Shown: positions 9,892-18,928 of the stretch, one piece after another
Layout of the letters: each line of letters starts with the position of its first letter
How positions within the stretch are numbered: the first letter of the stretch is position 1
IMG/VR virus record: IMGVR_UViG_3300011335_000775
Span: 1-64,000 of that record
DNA: 64,000 bases
Strand: one strand, 5' to 3'
Source of the DNA: a virus
Program-made: the position numbers and the translations under genes
The notes under the pieces: generated by a model
Databases searched by the model: none
Seen by the model: the letters and a program-made list of their open reading frames with translations, nothing else
What the model was told of the DNA's origin: nothing

Positions 9892-10592
9892 ATATATTCA
9901 GCCTTTGAGTGCTTGGCTTTGTAATGCATGAGATGAGCACCTAGCACAGTGTGACGCAGTGGTGTTTTGTATTTTTTAGTAAATTCACAACACAGATCAA
10001 GCACACTAGCATTGGGTACACTGCCTATTGCAATGCCAAACACATCATTGTCGTAGAATCTACGAAGATTTTCATAATCACGTTCATGATATCTTCTGCA
10101 ATATTCTGCTCTAAATGTTGCAAAATCTGGGTGGCGAGTATTCACAGCAAACACTCCAGTTTCGGGTACTAACCAATGTCCCGGACGTTGTTGTTTGTCC
10201 AAGGTATAGACCACTCCCATATACATGGCCAAATCTTGATCTCTCAGTATACGTTGTAATAATTCTATGTGTACAGTCTGTTCAGTGAGCACATCAGCAT
10301 CCAACCATAGTATCCAATCTGCTGTGCTGTGGTGCATGGCATGCATGAAACTGTATGCTTTTTTGGCAAATTTTTTCATGCTTTGATTTAATTTGGGTTC
10401 TAGCTGAAACGCCTGGTAATCTGGATCCAACTGAGAAAAATCTATTTGCCGAATACGAGCATGTGCAGGCAAAGAAAATTCTTCCACATAGCAAGTTATG
10501 TCCAAGGGCCAATATTCTAAAAAACTGTTTAAACTGTCTTGACCAATGAGATTATAATAGTATTGATTAAAACTAGTAATGACTTCAATCAT
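9870..10592 (-). CDS. GT-A fold glycosyltransferase-like protein (paralog of 9067)
   Basis: VITSFN..YY, KFAKKAY, LWLDADV, YDNDVF, HYKAK; start at MIEV. Confidence 0.6.
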   Translation of the reverse strand: MIEVITSFNQYYYNLIGQDSLNSFLEYWPLDITCYVEEFSLPAHARIRQIDFSQLDPDYQAFQLEPKLNQSMKKFAKKAYSFMHAMHHSTADWILWLDADVLTEQTVHIELLQRILRDQDLAMYMGVVYTLDKQQRPGHWLVPETGVFAVNTRHPDFATFRAEYCRRYHERDYENLRRFYDNDVFGIAIGSVPNASVLDLCCEFTKKYKTPLRHTVLGAHLMHYKAKHSKAEYIHEDDDQ

Positions 10593-11554
10593 ATTTTTGC
10601 CCACTTCTTCATGTGATCCCAACATTCGCCTGACTGTAATTCAGCATGGCTCCAGTGGAATTGGCTAATGCGATGCACCCAGGGATCTCTGTTGGGCATG
10701 AGAGGATTTTCTATACGGTGTAACCCTTGAGTAGCCACATCACGTGCTTGGCTGCGATCTGGATCAGTTAATATCACAGGGATGCCTTCTATCACTGCTG
10801 CTACTCCCGGGCTGGAGTTATGATTCACAACTGCCCAACAGTTGATAAAGTCATCCATCATGGATGATTGTGGTTGACTAAGTTCAATTTGAGTCAATCG
10901 TCGGCCTAGACACAGTTTTAACAGTCGATCACAATACTTTACTGCACGTTTATCTCCAGGATGTGATCGCACTCGTATAGGGCGATCAGTATACTTTCGA
11001 ATTTCAATTATGGTCTTTAAGGCCCAATCTATCACATCCCACCCAGCCATACTCCACCCACCATCACGTTGTAGACATAGCAAGATATGATTACCTGATT
11101 GTCTCCAGGGTTGTAATTGAACATCACACTCTGCTTGTATTTTTTTCCAACGATCTGGATCGGGTGCCTGATCACAGTATTCGCCGGTGTTGGCAAAGAT
11201 ACCATCATAACTGTATCGCAACCAATAACTAGGATTTGATTTGTTCTTGTATAGAAACAAATTGCTGTCGGCTATGATAGTACGCCCACCTGACGCACGT
11301 TGCTTATCTAGTATTTCTTGTCTAAACTGCAAATGAGCAGCAGTCTTGCCGTGTTCATGAACCCACCCCAGAATAACAGCCACATCGCTGGGCTGATATT
11401 GCATATCGTTTTCAATCATACCCTGGTCACCCCGAGCATTTACTCCTCGAGCAAAGTATTTTAAGGTGTTGAGTTTGTCTGTGGTATTCTTCAAACTCTC
11501 AGGAGTGTATTGCTCTTTTTTGGGCAATGTGGCTGTGTAACTTATTACTTTCAT
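10589..11554 (-). CDS. KpsS/KpsC-like glycosyltransferase
   Basis: HILLCLQR, RPIRVRSHP, CWAVVNHNSSPGVAAVIEGIP; start at MKVIS. Confidence 0.6.
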   Translation of the reverse strand: MKVISYTATLPKKEQYTPESLKNTTDKLNTLKYFARGVNARGDQGMIENDMQYQPSDVAVILGWVHEHGKTAAHLQFRQEILDKQRASGGRTIIADSNLFLYKNKSNPSYWLRYSYDGIFANTGEYCDQAPDPDRWKKIQAECDVQLQPWRQSGNHILLCLQRDGGWSMAGWDVIDWALKTIIEIRKYTDRPIRVRSHPGDKRAVKYCDRLLKLCLGRRLTQIELSQPQSSMMDDFINCWAVVNHNSSPGVAAVIEGIPVILTDPDRSQARDVATQGLHRIENPLMPNRDPWVHRISQFHWSHAELQSGECWDHMKKWAKI

Positions 11555-12363
11555 AATTCTTGCATCATTTGAAATGCTGTTCCATTTTTTAATTCTTTCA
11601 CATGATATTGTCCATATGCCATGCTGTGGCACCATGCCATCAGCAGATCGTTGTCCGGATAAAAAGGATTGTCTATCTTGGACAAATCTCGATTGGCCAC
11701 CGGTTCTGCCACATGGCTAGGTGCTAGCACAAACGCTGGCACCCCTGCTAGTATACTTTCTACTGCTGCAACACTGTTAAATGTAACTAGAGCATGCACA
11801 TCTTGTTCCAGCACTTGGCGTAGTGGCTGATTTAATACTCGATCAGCTCGTTTTGCTGCACGTTCGCGAACTTCCACAGGGCGATCGGTATTCTTTTTAA
11901 TCTCGGCCACAGTATCTGCAATCCATTGTTGCTGATCAATGCCATAACATTTGCAGGGTTTTTCATCAGGTGCTGCTACAATTATTTTATATCCTGATCT
12001 TTTGGGATATATTTTAACACCTAACATATCCCACCGATCACTGGGTTTTGGACGTATAACACGATGTTGTAGATCATTCAACACTATCCTGTGATAGTGC
12101 TTGATACCTTGGCTGTTAAAGGTTCCAACGTTGTTGCCCACATATCCTGAATCCATATAGTAAAAGTTGTTACCGTCGGCAAGACATTGTTTCATGATCT
12201 TGTGTTTGAGAATACCACGCAACACCAACTGATTACAATCTATTTTTACATCATAATGGTAATCAAAATTGTCTGAATTTGTAGATTGCATGTGGGCACT
12301 TTTGGCTAGCATGTTGATATACTCATCTTCACCGCCCTTGCTGAGGAATACCCAGCCGCTCAT
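11551..12363 (-). CDS. KpsS/KpsC-like glycosyltransferase
   Basis: YMDSGY, TDRPVEVRER, HALVTFNSVAAVESILAGVP. Confidence 0.6.
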   Translation of the reverse strand: MSGWVFLSKGGEDEYINMLAKSAHMQSTNSDNFDYHYDVKIDCNQLVLRGILKHKIMKQCLADGNNFYYMDSGYVGNNVGTFNSQGIKHYHRIVLNDLQHRVIRPKPSDRWDMLGVKIYPKRSGYKIIVAAPDEKPCKCYGIDQQQWIADTVAEIKKNTDRPVEVRERAAKRADRVLNQPLRQVLEQDVHALVTFNSVAAVESILAGVPAFVLAPSHVAEPVANRDLSKIDNPFYPDNDLLMAWCHSMAYGQYHVKELKNGTAFQMMQEL

Positions 12364-13037
12364 ACTATCACCTCAATGCTGCATTGTTGATGTTCGCTGC
12401 GATACAATGTTTGAAAAGTACGTTGATGATTACCAATCCATTCACCTAATGCTCGAAATTCGCCTTGTGACCAGAGATCGTATTGTTCAACATTATTCCA
12501 GGGATACATCTCATCAAACACTATCACCGTGCCGGGCACAATACGATCATTTAACAAATTCAATATATCTAATGTGCTGCTGTACAGATCACAATCTATA
12601 TGTAAAAATGACACCATTCCAGGGTTATCGGCCATCCAAGGAACTATGGTCTGATTGAACCATCCGGGTACAAATTTTACACGTTTTTTTTCAAACTGAT
12701 TCATAACCTCTTGTAGTTCCTCCGGGCTTAGAGCAAATTTTCCTGGTGGATGCTGTGAGCGGCGAGAGTCAACTTGTGATTTCTTAAACCAAGTTTCGGG
12801 TAATCCTTCAAAACTATCAAACCCCCACACAGTCTGGCTGGAAAAACGATCAGACATTATTTTCAGGGTGCTGCCTCGATACACTCCAAATTCCATCACG
12901 TGCCCGGTCAAGTTGACTTTTCGTAGTGCATGGGTCAAATGACTACGTCTTTGTGCATGTTTACGTTTGTTGCTACAGTTGATAATTTCAGCTGAATGTA
13001 AGCAATCTATGTTGAAGTTTTTACTATCAACCATCAT
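12360..13037 (-). CDS. TylF/MycF-like sugar O-methyltransferase
   Basis: MEFGVYRG, WGFDSFEGLP, GWF, LHIDCDLYSST, GTVIVFDE. Confidence 0.8.
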   Translation of the reverse strand: MMVDSKNFNIDCLHSAEIINCSNKRKHAQRRSHLTHALRKVNLTGHVMEFGVYRGSTLKIMSDRFSSQTVWGFDSFEGLPETWFKKSQVDSRRSQHPPGKFALSPEELQEVMNQFEKKRVKFVPGWFNQTIVPWMADNPGMVSFLHIDCDLYSSTLDILNLLNDRIVPGTVIVFDEMYPWNNVEQYDLWSQGEFRALGEWIGNHQRTFQTLYRSEHQQCSIEVIV

Positions 13038-13723
13038 ACAATTGATCTTTGTTGGCAATGTTCTGTAAAGATGCGTTCTCTATGCCACTCATTGCTCTGT
13101 GGTGAATCGGCAAAGTCATGGAAACACGGAGTACCTAGAGTGTAATGCAATAATTTAGCATTGAGATTTGGTCCGTACTCGTCGGGCAACCAGTTCCATT
13201 CTGGGGGCAGTTCCCCTATGCGAGCATCGTCTATCCAGGAGAATCTGTGTAGTTCAGCCCCAGTGGCCTTTTCAATGAATTTAGGAGTAAGCCCGCGGTT
13301 TGGAAAACTATTGCAGTTCCAGATCATAACACTGCTCCAGTTCTTTCGAGGATAATTTTCGTTTTTGCTGCCAAGATACTTTTCGCTCATTCGTGTTTGG
13401 TAGTCATGTTTGACTACTTGTACGTCAGTATTTACATTTCGGAGATCCCACAACTCAGCAATGTCTCCACGCACAATCATGTCACCGTCTATAAAGATAG
13501 CATGTCCAGTATACTGCATCAAGTGCGGCACCAGGAATCGCGAATAGATGAATTGATTGCTGCCATCAGTGTGTGTTTCTGTATAGTCTTTGAACAAGTT
13601 TAATGCCAGCGGAACAATGGTCACTGGTCGGCTTGCATTTCTAATAATACTGTTAGCACATACATGAAATGCAATTGCTTCTCTGGGGTCGTACCCTATG
13701 AACACTGGTATAATATTTTTCAT
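13034..13723 (-). CDS. Glycosyltransferase (GT8-like)
   Basis: VFIGYDPRE, F.YSRFLVP, IFIDGDM, YPRKNWSSVM, WNWL, LLHYTLGTP. Confidence 0.8.
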   Translation of the reverse strand: MKNIIPVFIGYDPREAIAFHVCANSIIRNASRPVTIVPLALNLFKDYTETHTDGSNQFIYSRFLVPHLMQYTGHAIFIDGDMIVRGDIAELWDLRNVNTDVQVVKHDYQTRMSEKYLGSKNENYPRKNWSSVMIWNCNSFPNRGLTPKFIEKATGAELHRFSWIDDARIGELPPEWNWLPDEYGPNLNAKLLHYTLGTPCFHDFADSPQSNEWHRERIFTEHCQQRSIV

Positions 13724-14478
13724 TTTCGTTCTATGTCTTCTTCAATACAATCTTCACCGTATTGGATTTCAATCAGTTTAAGCAACTGATCAGTTTCGTT
13801 GCATAGCTGGTGCCATTGACCTAACTGAATCCAGGTATGTTGATGACGAGCAGGACTGGCCAGTAAATCATAGTCTGTACTATGCGGATCTACAGTGTAC
13901 ACTGTGGCTTCTCCGTCGGCCACAAACCAAAATTCTGCACGTTGATCATGACGTTGCATGCTGAGCCGTTGCCCGGGCATCACAGTCAACTCTTTAAGTT
14001 TAACATGTGACCCAACTTCGTGCAGCACACGATAGTATCCCCAGGCACGATCTGTTTTGGGTTTCTTCCATTCTTCCAAGATCCAGCTGCTGCTGTTGGC
14101 TTTGTTTTCACCACCCACTCCAAACACAAACTCCACGTCATCAAATACCATTTCGGGTATGTTTTCTTTTGTTCGATCTCCGCCATTGGCAAACACTATT
14201 TCTGCCTCAGGATATTGAAGTTTCACAAGCCGAATTGCATCGCAACTGGAATTGTCATCATCGTTATAAACAACAACTTCGTCTACCACTTCAATAGAGC
14301 TGACTAACGCAAATCTTTCTGACATTGGCATGAATGGCCGACCTTTTTTGCGTGTGAGCCATTGGTCAGAGTTTAACCCTACTACAAGTTTGTTGCCAAG
14401 CTGTTTGGCTGATTTAAAATAAGCCAAGTGTCCTGAGTGTAGCGGATCAAATCCGCCGGTTACAATTACAATTTTCAT
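13720..14478 (-). CDS. HxGH cytidylyltransferase fused to a mannose-6-phosphate isomerase-type cupin
   Basis: TGGFDPLHSGH, VGLNSD.WL.RKKG, FANGGDR; C-terminal WGYY..L...KELTV.PGQRLSMQRH..RAEFW. Confidence 0.85.
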   Translation of the reverse strand: MKIVIVTGGFDPLHSGHLAYFKSAKQLGNKLVVGLNSDQWLTRKKGRPFMPMSERFALVSSIEVVDEVVVYNDDDNSSCDAIRLVKLQYPEAEIVFANGGDRTKENIPEMVFDDVEFVFGVGGENKANSSSWILEEWKKPKTDRAWGYYRVLHEVGSHVKLKELTVMPGQRLSMQRHDQRAEFWFVADGEATVYTVDPHSTDYDLLASPARHQHTWIQLGQWHQLCNETDQLLKLIEIQYGEDCIEEDIERK

Positions 14479-14483
14479 AGAAA

Positions 14484-14511
14484 TATTTATCGGCGTATAC
14501 AATGGTAAATA
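14484..14511. promoter_or_regulatory. Back-to-back divergent late promoters
   Basis: TATTTA at 14484-89 (minus-strand TAAATA, 5 nt before ATG 14478) and TAAATA at 14506-11 (4 nt before ATG 14516). Confidence 0.6.
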
Positions 14512-14515
14512 CATT

Positions 14516-15229
14516 ATGACCACCTTGGCTGAATCTTTTTTACCCTACGAATACAAATTTGGGTCGCAACACAAAGAAGATGGTATAATAGATTTGTTGT
14601 GTTCAAATATAAAAGACTCTGACCACTGGGCCATTGAAATTGGGTCTGGAACAGGTGAGCAGAACATGATCCGCAATCTGGTTGAAAATTGTGGATATCG
14701 TGGTATAGGACACGATCTACAACCAGCAACTTGGACACATTCCAACTATGAACACAGGATCTGTGCTGTGGCACTAGATCAGCTGGGCACATTGATTGAG
14801 TCTTGGCCCACAATCACGCCAGATTTTTTTAGTTTAGACATAGACAGTTTTGACTTTTGGGTACTAAAAGATTTATTGTACAATCACAACTTTCGCCCGG
14901 CTGTGATGTGTTTAGAATATCTCAGCTATTATCAAGATCAAATTGTGAGTGTGCGGGCTGACTTATCTAAATACAAAAAGACCTATTGTGGATGCAGCCT
15001 TGGAGCATATCAGATTTTAACTGAGCGTTTTGGATATCAATTCTTCACTGTAGACACATATGGGGTCAACAGTTTCTTTTATCATCCTGACCGGGTCAAA
15101 GACGTTGATGTGTTGCAGGATCTTCCTAAACATAACTGGAGAACGTATCCCAACCATGTCGGGCTCACAATTGATGCATTACGTCATGTGATGGAGTTTG
15201 ATCCTGTGATTTTATTTGAAAATAAATGA
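14516..15229 (+). CDS. FkbM-like methyltransferase (paralog of 8291)
   Basis: SQHKEDGII, IEIGSG, FFSLDIDSFDF, RPAVMCLEY, GCSL. Confidence 0.65.
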   Translation: MTTLAESFLPYEYKFGSQHKEDGIIDLLCSNIKDSDHWAIEIGSGTGEQNMIRNLVENCGYRGIGHDLQPATWTHSNYEHRICAVALDQLGTLIESWPTITPDFFSLDIDSFDFWVLKDLLYNHNFRPAVMCLEYLSYYQDQIVSVRADLSKYKKTYCGCSLGAYQILTERFGYQFFTVDTYGVNSFFYHPDRVKDVDVLQDLPKHNWRTYPNHVGLTIDALRHVMEFDPVILFENK

Positions 15230-15810
15230 TGGAACATTTTTATCACAACATTGACGGATTCATGAGCCATAAGAACACTGTTATGCTTGATATTGTGTTA
15301 GAGCAATTCCCAGCTGGTGGCACCTGGGTTGAATTAGGATCCTGGACTGGCCGTAGTGCTGCTTACTGTGCAGTTGAATTGATCAACCGTGACAAGTTGG
15401 GTGCATTCTACTGTGTAGATACGTGGAAAGGAGAAGAAGCAATTGCGTATGATACTGATATTGTACAAGATCTTGAAAACATCTTTCGACGGAATTTAAC
15501 TCCAGTGATTGACCATATAACAATGTTAAGCATGATGAGTTGGCTTGCAGCCGACAACTTTGATGATGAATCTGTTGATTTTTGTTATGTAGATGCTGGG
15601 CATAGTTATGAAGCAGTATCAAATGATCTCACAGCATGGTGGCCAAAAATGCGCCCCGGATCCATGTTCGCCGGAGATGATTACACCAAAGGTTACCCAG
15701 GTGTGCAAAAAGCAGTATGGGATTTCTTTGGCCCAAGAGATATAAAGATACGTAGAGCAGGCCGTTGTTGGTTGGTCACAAAACCATTTGATGACAGCAG
15801 TTTGATTTAA
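15226..15810 (+). CDS. Class I SAM methyltransferase (Methyltransf_24-like)
   Basis: VELGSWTGRS, CVDTW.G, YVDAGHSYE, GDDY. Confidence 0.85.
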   Translation: MMEHFYHNIDGFMSHKNTVMLDIVLEQFPAGGTWVELGSWTGRSAAYCAVELINRDKLGAFYCVDTWKGEEAIAYDTDIVQDLENIFRRNLTPVIDHITMLSMMSWLAADNFDDESVDFCYVDAGHSYEAVSNDLTAWWPKMRPGSMFAGDDYTKGYPGVQKAVWDFFGPRDIKIRRAGRCWLVTKPFDDSSLI

Positions 15811-15817
15811 ATAACAT

Positions 15818-16462
15818 ATGACCTGGCTTAAACATTATCGAGACAATTATTACAACTTATTAAATTCCCAACTTGGCAGTGCTAAGAGAAGCACTAAAAG
15901 AGGACTTATACCAGGCCTTTATCAACGTGCTGAAGGATTCAATTTGATGTTTGCTTATCTAGAAAGTCTCAATCAAGATCAATATCACATCGTTGAGACT
16001 GGCACACTGAGAAATCCTGGCAATTGGAAAGACGGCCAAAGTGCCAGATTGTTTACAGAATTTGTAGAATATCACAATGGCTCGGTGCGCAGTGTAGATA
16101 TAGATCCAACAGCGGTGGATGCAGCTCAAAATTCAATTCAGTCCAGCAGATTCAAATCCGTATGCATGGACAGTGTGCTTTATCTAGCCACACAGTCAGA
16201 TTTAAATCAAGTTGATCTTTTTTATCTTGACAGTTATGATGTAAAATGGGACAACGATCACGATAGTGCCAATCATCATTTAAAAGAATTTCAAGTGATT
16301 GAACCACAGCTCAAACCGGGTGCAATGGTAGTGATAGATGACAACAGCAGATTTTTAAATTCTAATCAACGCACAGGAAAAGGCCATTACATAGCTGACT
16401 ATCTAGATGCAAAAGGAATTGTTCCTTTGTACGATGCTTATCAGATCATTTATAGATTTTAA
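15818..16462 (+). CDS. Class I SAM methyltransferase
   Basis: IVETGT, SVDID, DSV.YL, YLDSYD, VVIDD. Confidence 0.75.
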   Translation: MTWLKHYRDNYYNLLNSQLGSAKRSTKRGLIPGLYQRAEGFNLMFAYLESLNQDQYHIVETGTLRNPGNWKDGQSARLFTEFVEYHNGSVRSVDIDPTAVDAAQNSIQSSRFKSVCMDSVLYLATQSDLNQVDLFYLDSYDVKWDNDHDSANHHLKEFQVIEPQLKPGAMVVIDDNSRFLNSNQRTGKGHYIADYLDAKGIVPLYDAYQIIYRF

Positions 16463-16464
16463 CC

Positions 16465-17250
16465 ATGATAATTGATACTTTACTTTTCAACGACGAGTTT
16501 GATATGCTGGACATACATCTAGCCATCACCAATCACTATGTAGATCGATGGGTGGTTCTAGAAGCCAGCAGAACCTTTAGTGGGATAGCCAAACCCTACA
16601 ATCTTTTAAACAATCTTGATCGATATCAACAACAGTACGGCAATAAGATTCAAGTTGTCACATTAGAATTACAAGAACACGAAACCAATCTTGTGTGCGA
16701 AACCATGATGCGACAAGCTATTGCACCTGCACTAGCAGCATATGACTCCAACGACATTGTGATACACGGAGATCTTGATGAGATAATCAATCCTGAATGC
16801 TGGGTAGATATTGTTGCATTGATGGATCTGCATGACCGACCAGTGACCTGTGGATTTGAAATGTTCATGTATAAGTTTGATCAACGTGCTGATCGCGGCT
16901 GGAAAGGATCAGTGGTAGCACGCCGCCGGATGTTTGATACTCCTCACGAACTATACAAAGGAAATAGCGTAAAAAGAAAAGATCGCAATCATTGTGTGGG
17001 ATTAAAAACACCAGTGGGATGGCATTGGACCTGGATAGGAACTGATGATCTCATACGCAATAAGGTAGTAAGTTGTATAGAAAGTCAGCATAGAGATCCT
17101 GAACAAATATTATCAGCATTTAAACAACTGGACACTATAGCTGCAATCAATCACAAATGCACCACACACAGTATAAACATCACTTATCCTGCCGCAGTTC
17201 AAACTGTATTACGACAATATCCAGCATATTGGAACAACCCACCGGTGTAA
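16465..17250 (+). CDS. GT17-like N-acetylglucosaminyltransferase
   Basis: DT.LFNDE.DML, VD.WVVLEA..TFSG..KP, GDLDEI, GWHWTW. Confidence 0.75.
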   Translation: MIIDTLLFNDEFDMLDIHLAITNHYVDRWVVLEASRTFSGIAKPYNLLNNLDRYQQQYGNKIQVVTLELQEHETNLVCETMMRQAIAPALAAYDSNDIVIHGDLDEIINPECWVDIVALMDLHDRPVTCGFEMFMYKFDQRADRGWKGSVVARRRMFDTPHELYKGNSVKRKDRNHCVGLKTPVGWHWTWIGTDDLIRNKVVSCIESQHRDPEQILSAFKQLDTIAAINHKCTTHSINITYPAAVQTVLRQYPAYWNNPPV

Positions 17251-17252
17251 TT

Positions 17253-18071
17253 GTGGCCACTCAACAGGAAAAAGACCTGCATCGTGCCGATCGACAAGCA
17301 CATCGAGCAAAAAAACAAATGAATTACATTGCACCCACGCAGAGCAATGCTACTGGACCAGTGGATTGTGCCTGTGTTATCCATGGCAAAGGGTATGAGT
17401 GGATCTATGTAGAACGTCTATACAATATGTTGAATCGACATCTCACACGCGGAGCAAGATTACATGTTTATACAGAACCCACAAGATCAGTTCCTGATCA
17501 TATGGTACGTCACGATCTTGTTGAATGGCCGGGCATAAGTGGACGTAAACGCAGTTGGTGGTACAAAATGCAATTGTTCAATACTGCACATCATTCTGGG
17601 CAATTGTTATACTTCGACCTAGACACAGTAATTGTGGACAATATAGATTGGATGGTAGATCTCAGCCCATTTTATTTTTGGACCATAAAAGATTTTAGAT
17701 ATTTGTGGAGACCAGATATACAAAATCTAAACTCATCTGTAATGTATTGGGATACCACTAAATGGGCACATATCTGGAAAAATTTTGAACAACACGGGGC
17801 AAACAAGATAGCCAATAGATACCAACATGGTGGTGATCAGGAATATCTCACAACAGTGATTGCTCCAGAAAAACGCCAATTTATTAATCCGGAAAGAATT
17901 GTAAGTTGGCGCTGGTCAGCACTAGATGGCGGAATGAATTTCAAAAATAGAACTTACCATCAACCAGGAAGTGGCACAACATTATCACCTGGCAATAGTG
18001 TATTGGTATTTCATGGCGATCCTAAACCTCATGAAATTAACGATTCAGTCATAAACAAACATTGGTGCTAG
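17253..18071 (+). CDS. Glycosyltransferase (GT-A, GT8-like)
   Basis: YVERLYNM, WWYKMQLF, YFDLDTVI, NSSVM, GDQEY, VFHGDPKP; GTG start inferred. Confidence 0.75.
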   Translation: MATQQEKDLHRADRQAHRAKKQMNYIAPTQSNATGPVDCACVIHGKGYEWIYVERLYNMLNRHLTRGARLHVYTEPTRSVPDHMVRHDLVEWPGISGRKRSWWYKMQLFNTAHHSGQLLYFDLDTVIVDNIDWMVDLSPFYFWTIKDFRYLWRPDIQNLNSSVMYWDTTKWAHIWKNFEQHGANKIANRYQHGGDQEYLTTVIAPEKRQFINPERIVSWRWSALDGGMNFKNRTYHQPGSGTTLSPGNSVLVFHGDPKPHEINDSVINKHWC

Positions 18072-18098
18072 CATAAATAACAAAGATGGAGATATATC

Positions 18099-18674
18099 AT
18101 GGTTCAAAGAATTGTTAGATTAATGGGCGCAGCATACTCAACCGGCGGGGATGTACATATTCAAGGTACGTATAATGGTGTGGAATTCATTAACGGTCCA
18201 GTGGTTACTACGGTACTTGACACACTTCCTCAGCCGTATAATCAAATGCCGTACGGAGATATAATAGCTCAGTTTGAAACTACGACAGATACTACAGGAC
18301 AAATACCAGTTGTGTTAAAAGTAACTGGAGGGATATTTTACTTTGGCCATTTTTGGATGAATTATACTGGATCTACCTGGACACGAGAACCAACTAATCC
18401 TAATGTTCCGGTTGATCCAAATAATCCTAGCACTTACATTTGGGTCGAAACAGTACCACCTATAGATTACTATGCAGATCCAAATACCAATACATTGGAA
18501 TCTGATGGTATTTCTAATTTAACCAAAAATGGGTCTCCGTGGAACTGGAGAATTAATGTAGGACCATCACCAATCAACATGTGGGGTGATTGGGAATATC
18601 CAATATCGGATGGTGATACAGTTACTTTTGATTTCTTTGTGGATCCTGCAGATATAGTATTACTAGGAGCATAG
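18099..18674 (+). CDS. Hypothetical late protein (possibly structural)
   Basis: TAAATA at 18074, GGAG RBS, beta/Pro/Asn-rich composition, terminator downstream. Confidence 0.55.
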   Translation: MVQRIVRLMGAAYSTGGDVHIQGTYNGVEFINGPVVTTVLDTLPQPYNQMPYGDIIAQFETTTDTTGQIPVVLKVTGGIFYFGHFWMNYTGSTWTREPTNPNVPVDPNNPSTYIWVETVPPIDYYADPNTNTLESDGISNLTKNGSPWNWRINVGPSPINMWGDWEYPISDGDTVTFDFFVDPADIVLLGA

Positions 18675-18702
18675 CCCTCATAGATAGCATGTGGCTGTCA
18701 AC

Positions 18703-18729
18703 AAACCCTACACAGTGTAGGGTTTTTTT
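18703..18729 (+). terminator. Rho-independent terminator
   Basis: AAACCCTACA-CAG-TGTAGGGTTT followed by T run. Confidence 0.8.
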
Positions 18730-18736
18730 ATGACTG

Positions 18737-18765
18737 TTGACCACTAATGCAAAATGCACTATAAT
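18737..18765 (+). promoter_or_regulatory. Sigma70-type early promoter
   Basis: TTGACC-17 nt-TATAAT. Confidence 0.75.
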
Positions 18766-18867
18766 AGCTACATGTCAACAAAGATACCAACAGAAACACT
18801 GCTGAACAATGTGGTTAAAAAGCCACAGTTTTTGCAAAAAAAGTTGGAAAACCCCTGTAAAAAGGAG

Positions 18868-18896
18868 TTGACTGGTAATTCAACAACTGCTACAAT
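18868..18896 (+). promoter_or_regulatory. Sigma70-type early promoter for the AAA ATPase
   Basis: TTGACT-17 nt-TACAAT with TG extended -10. Confidence 0.7.
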
Positions 18897-18928
18897 AGTG
18901 GCATATTAACAAAACGGGGCTAGAAACC

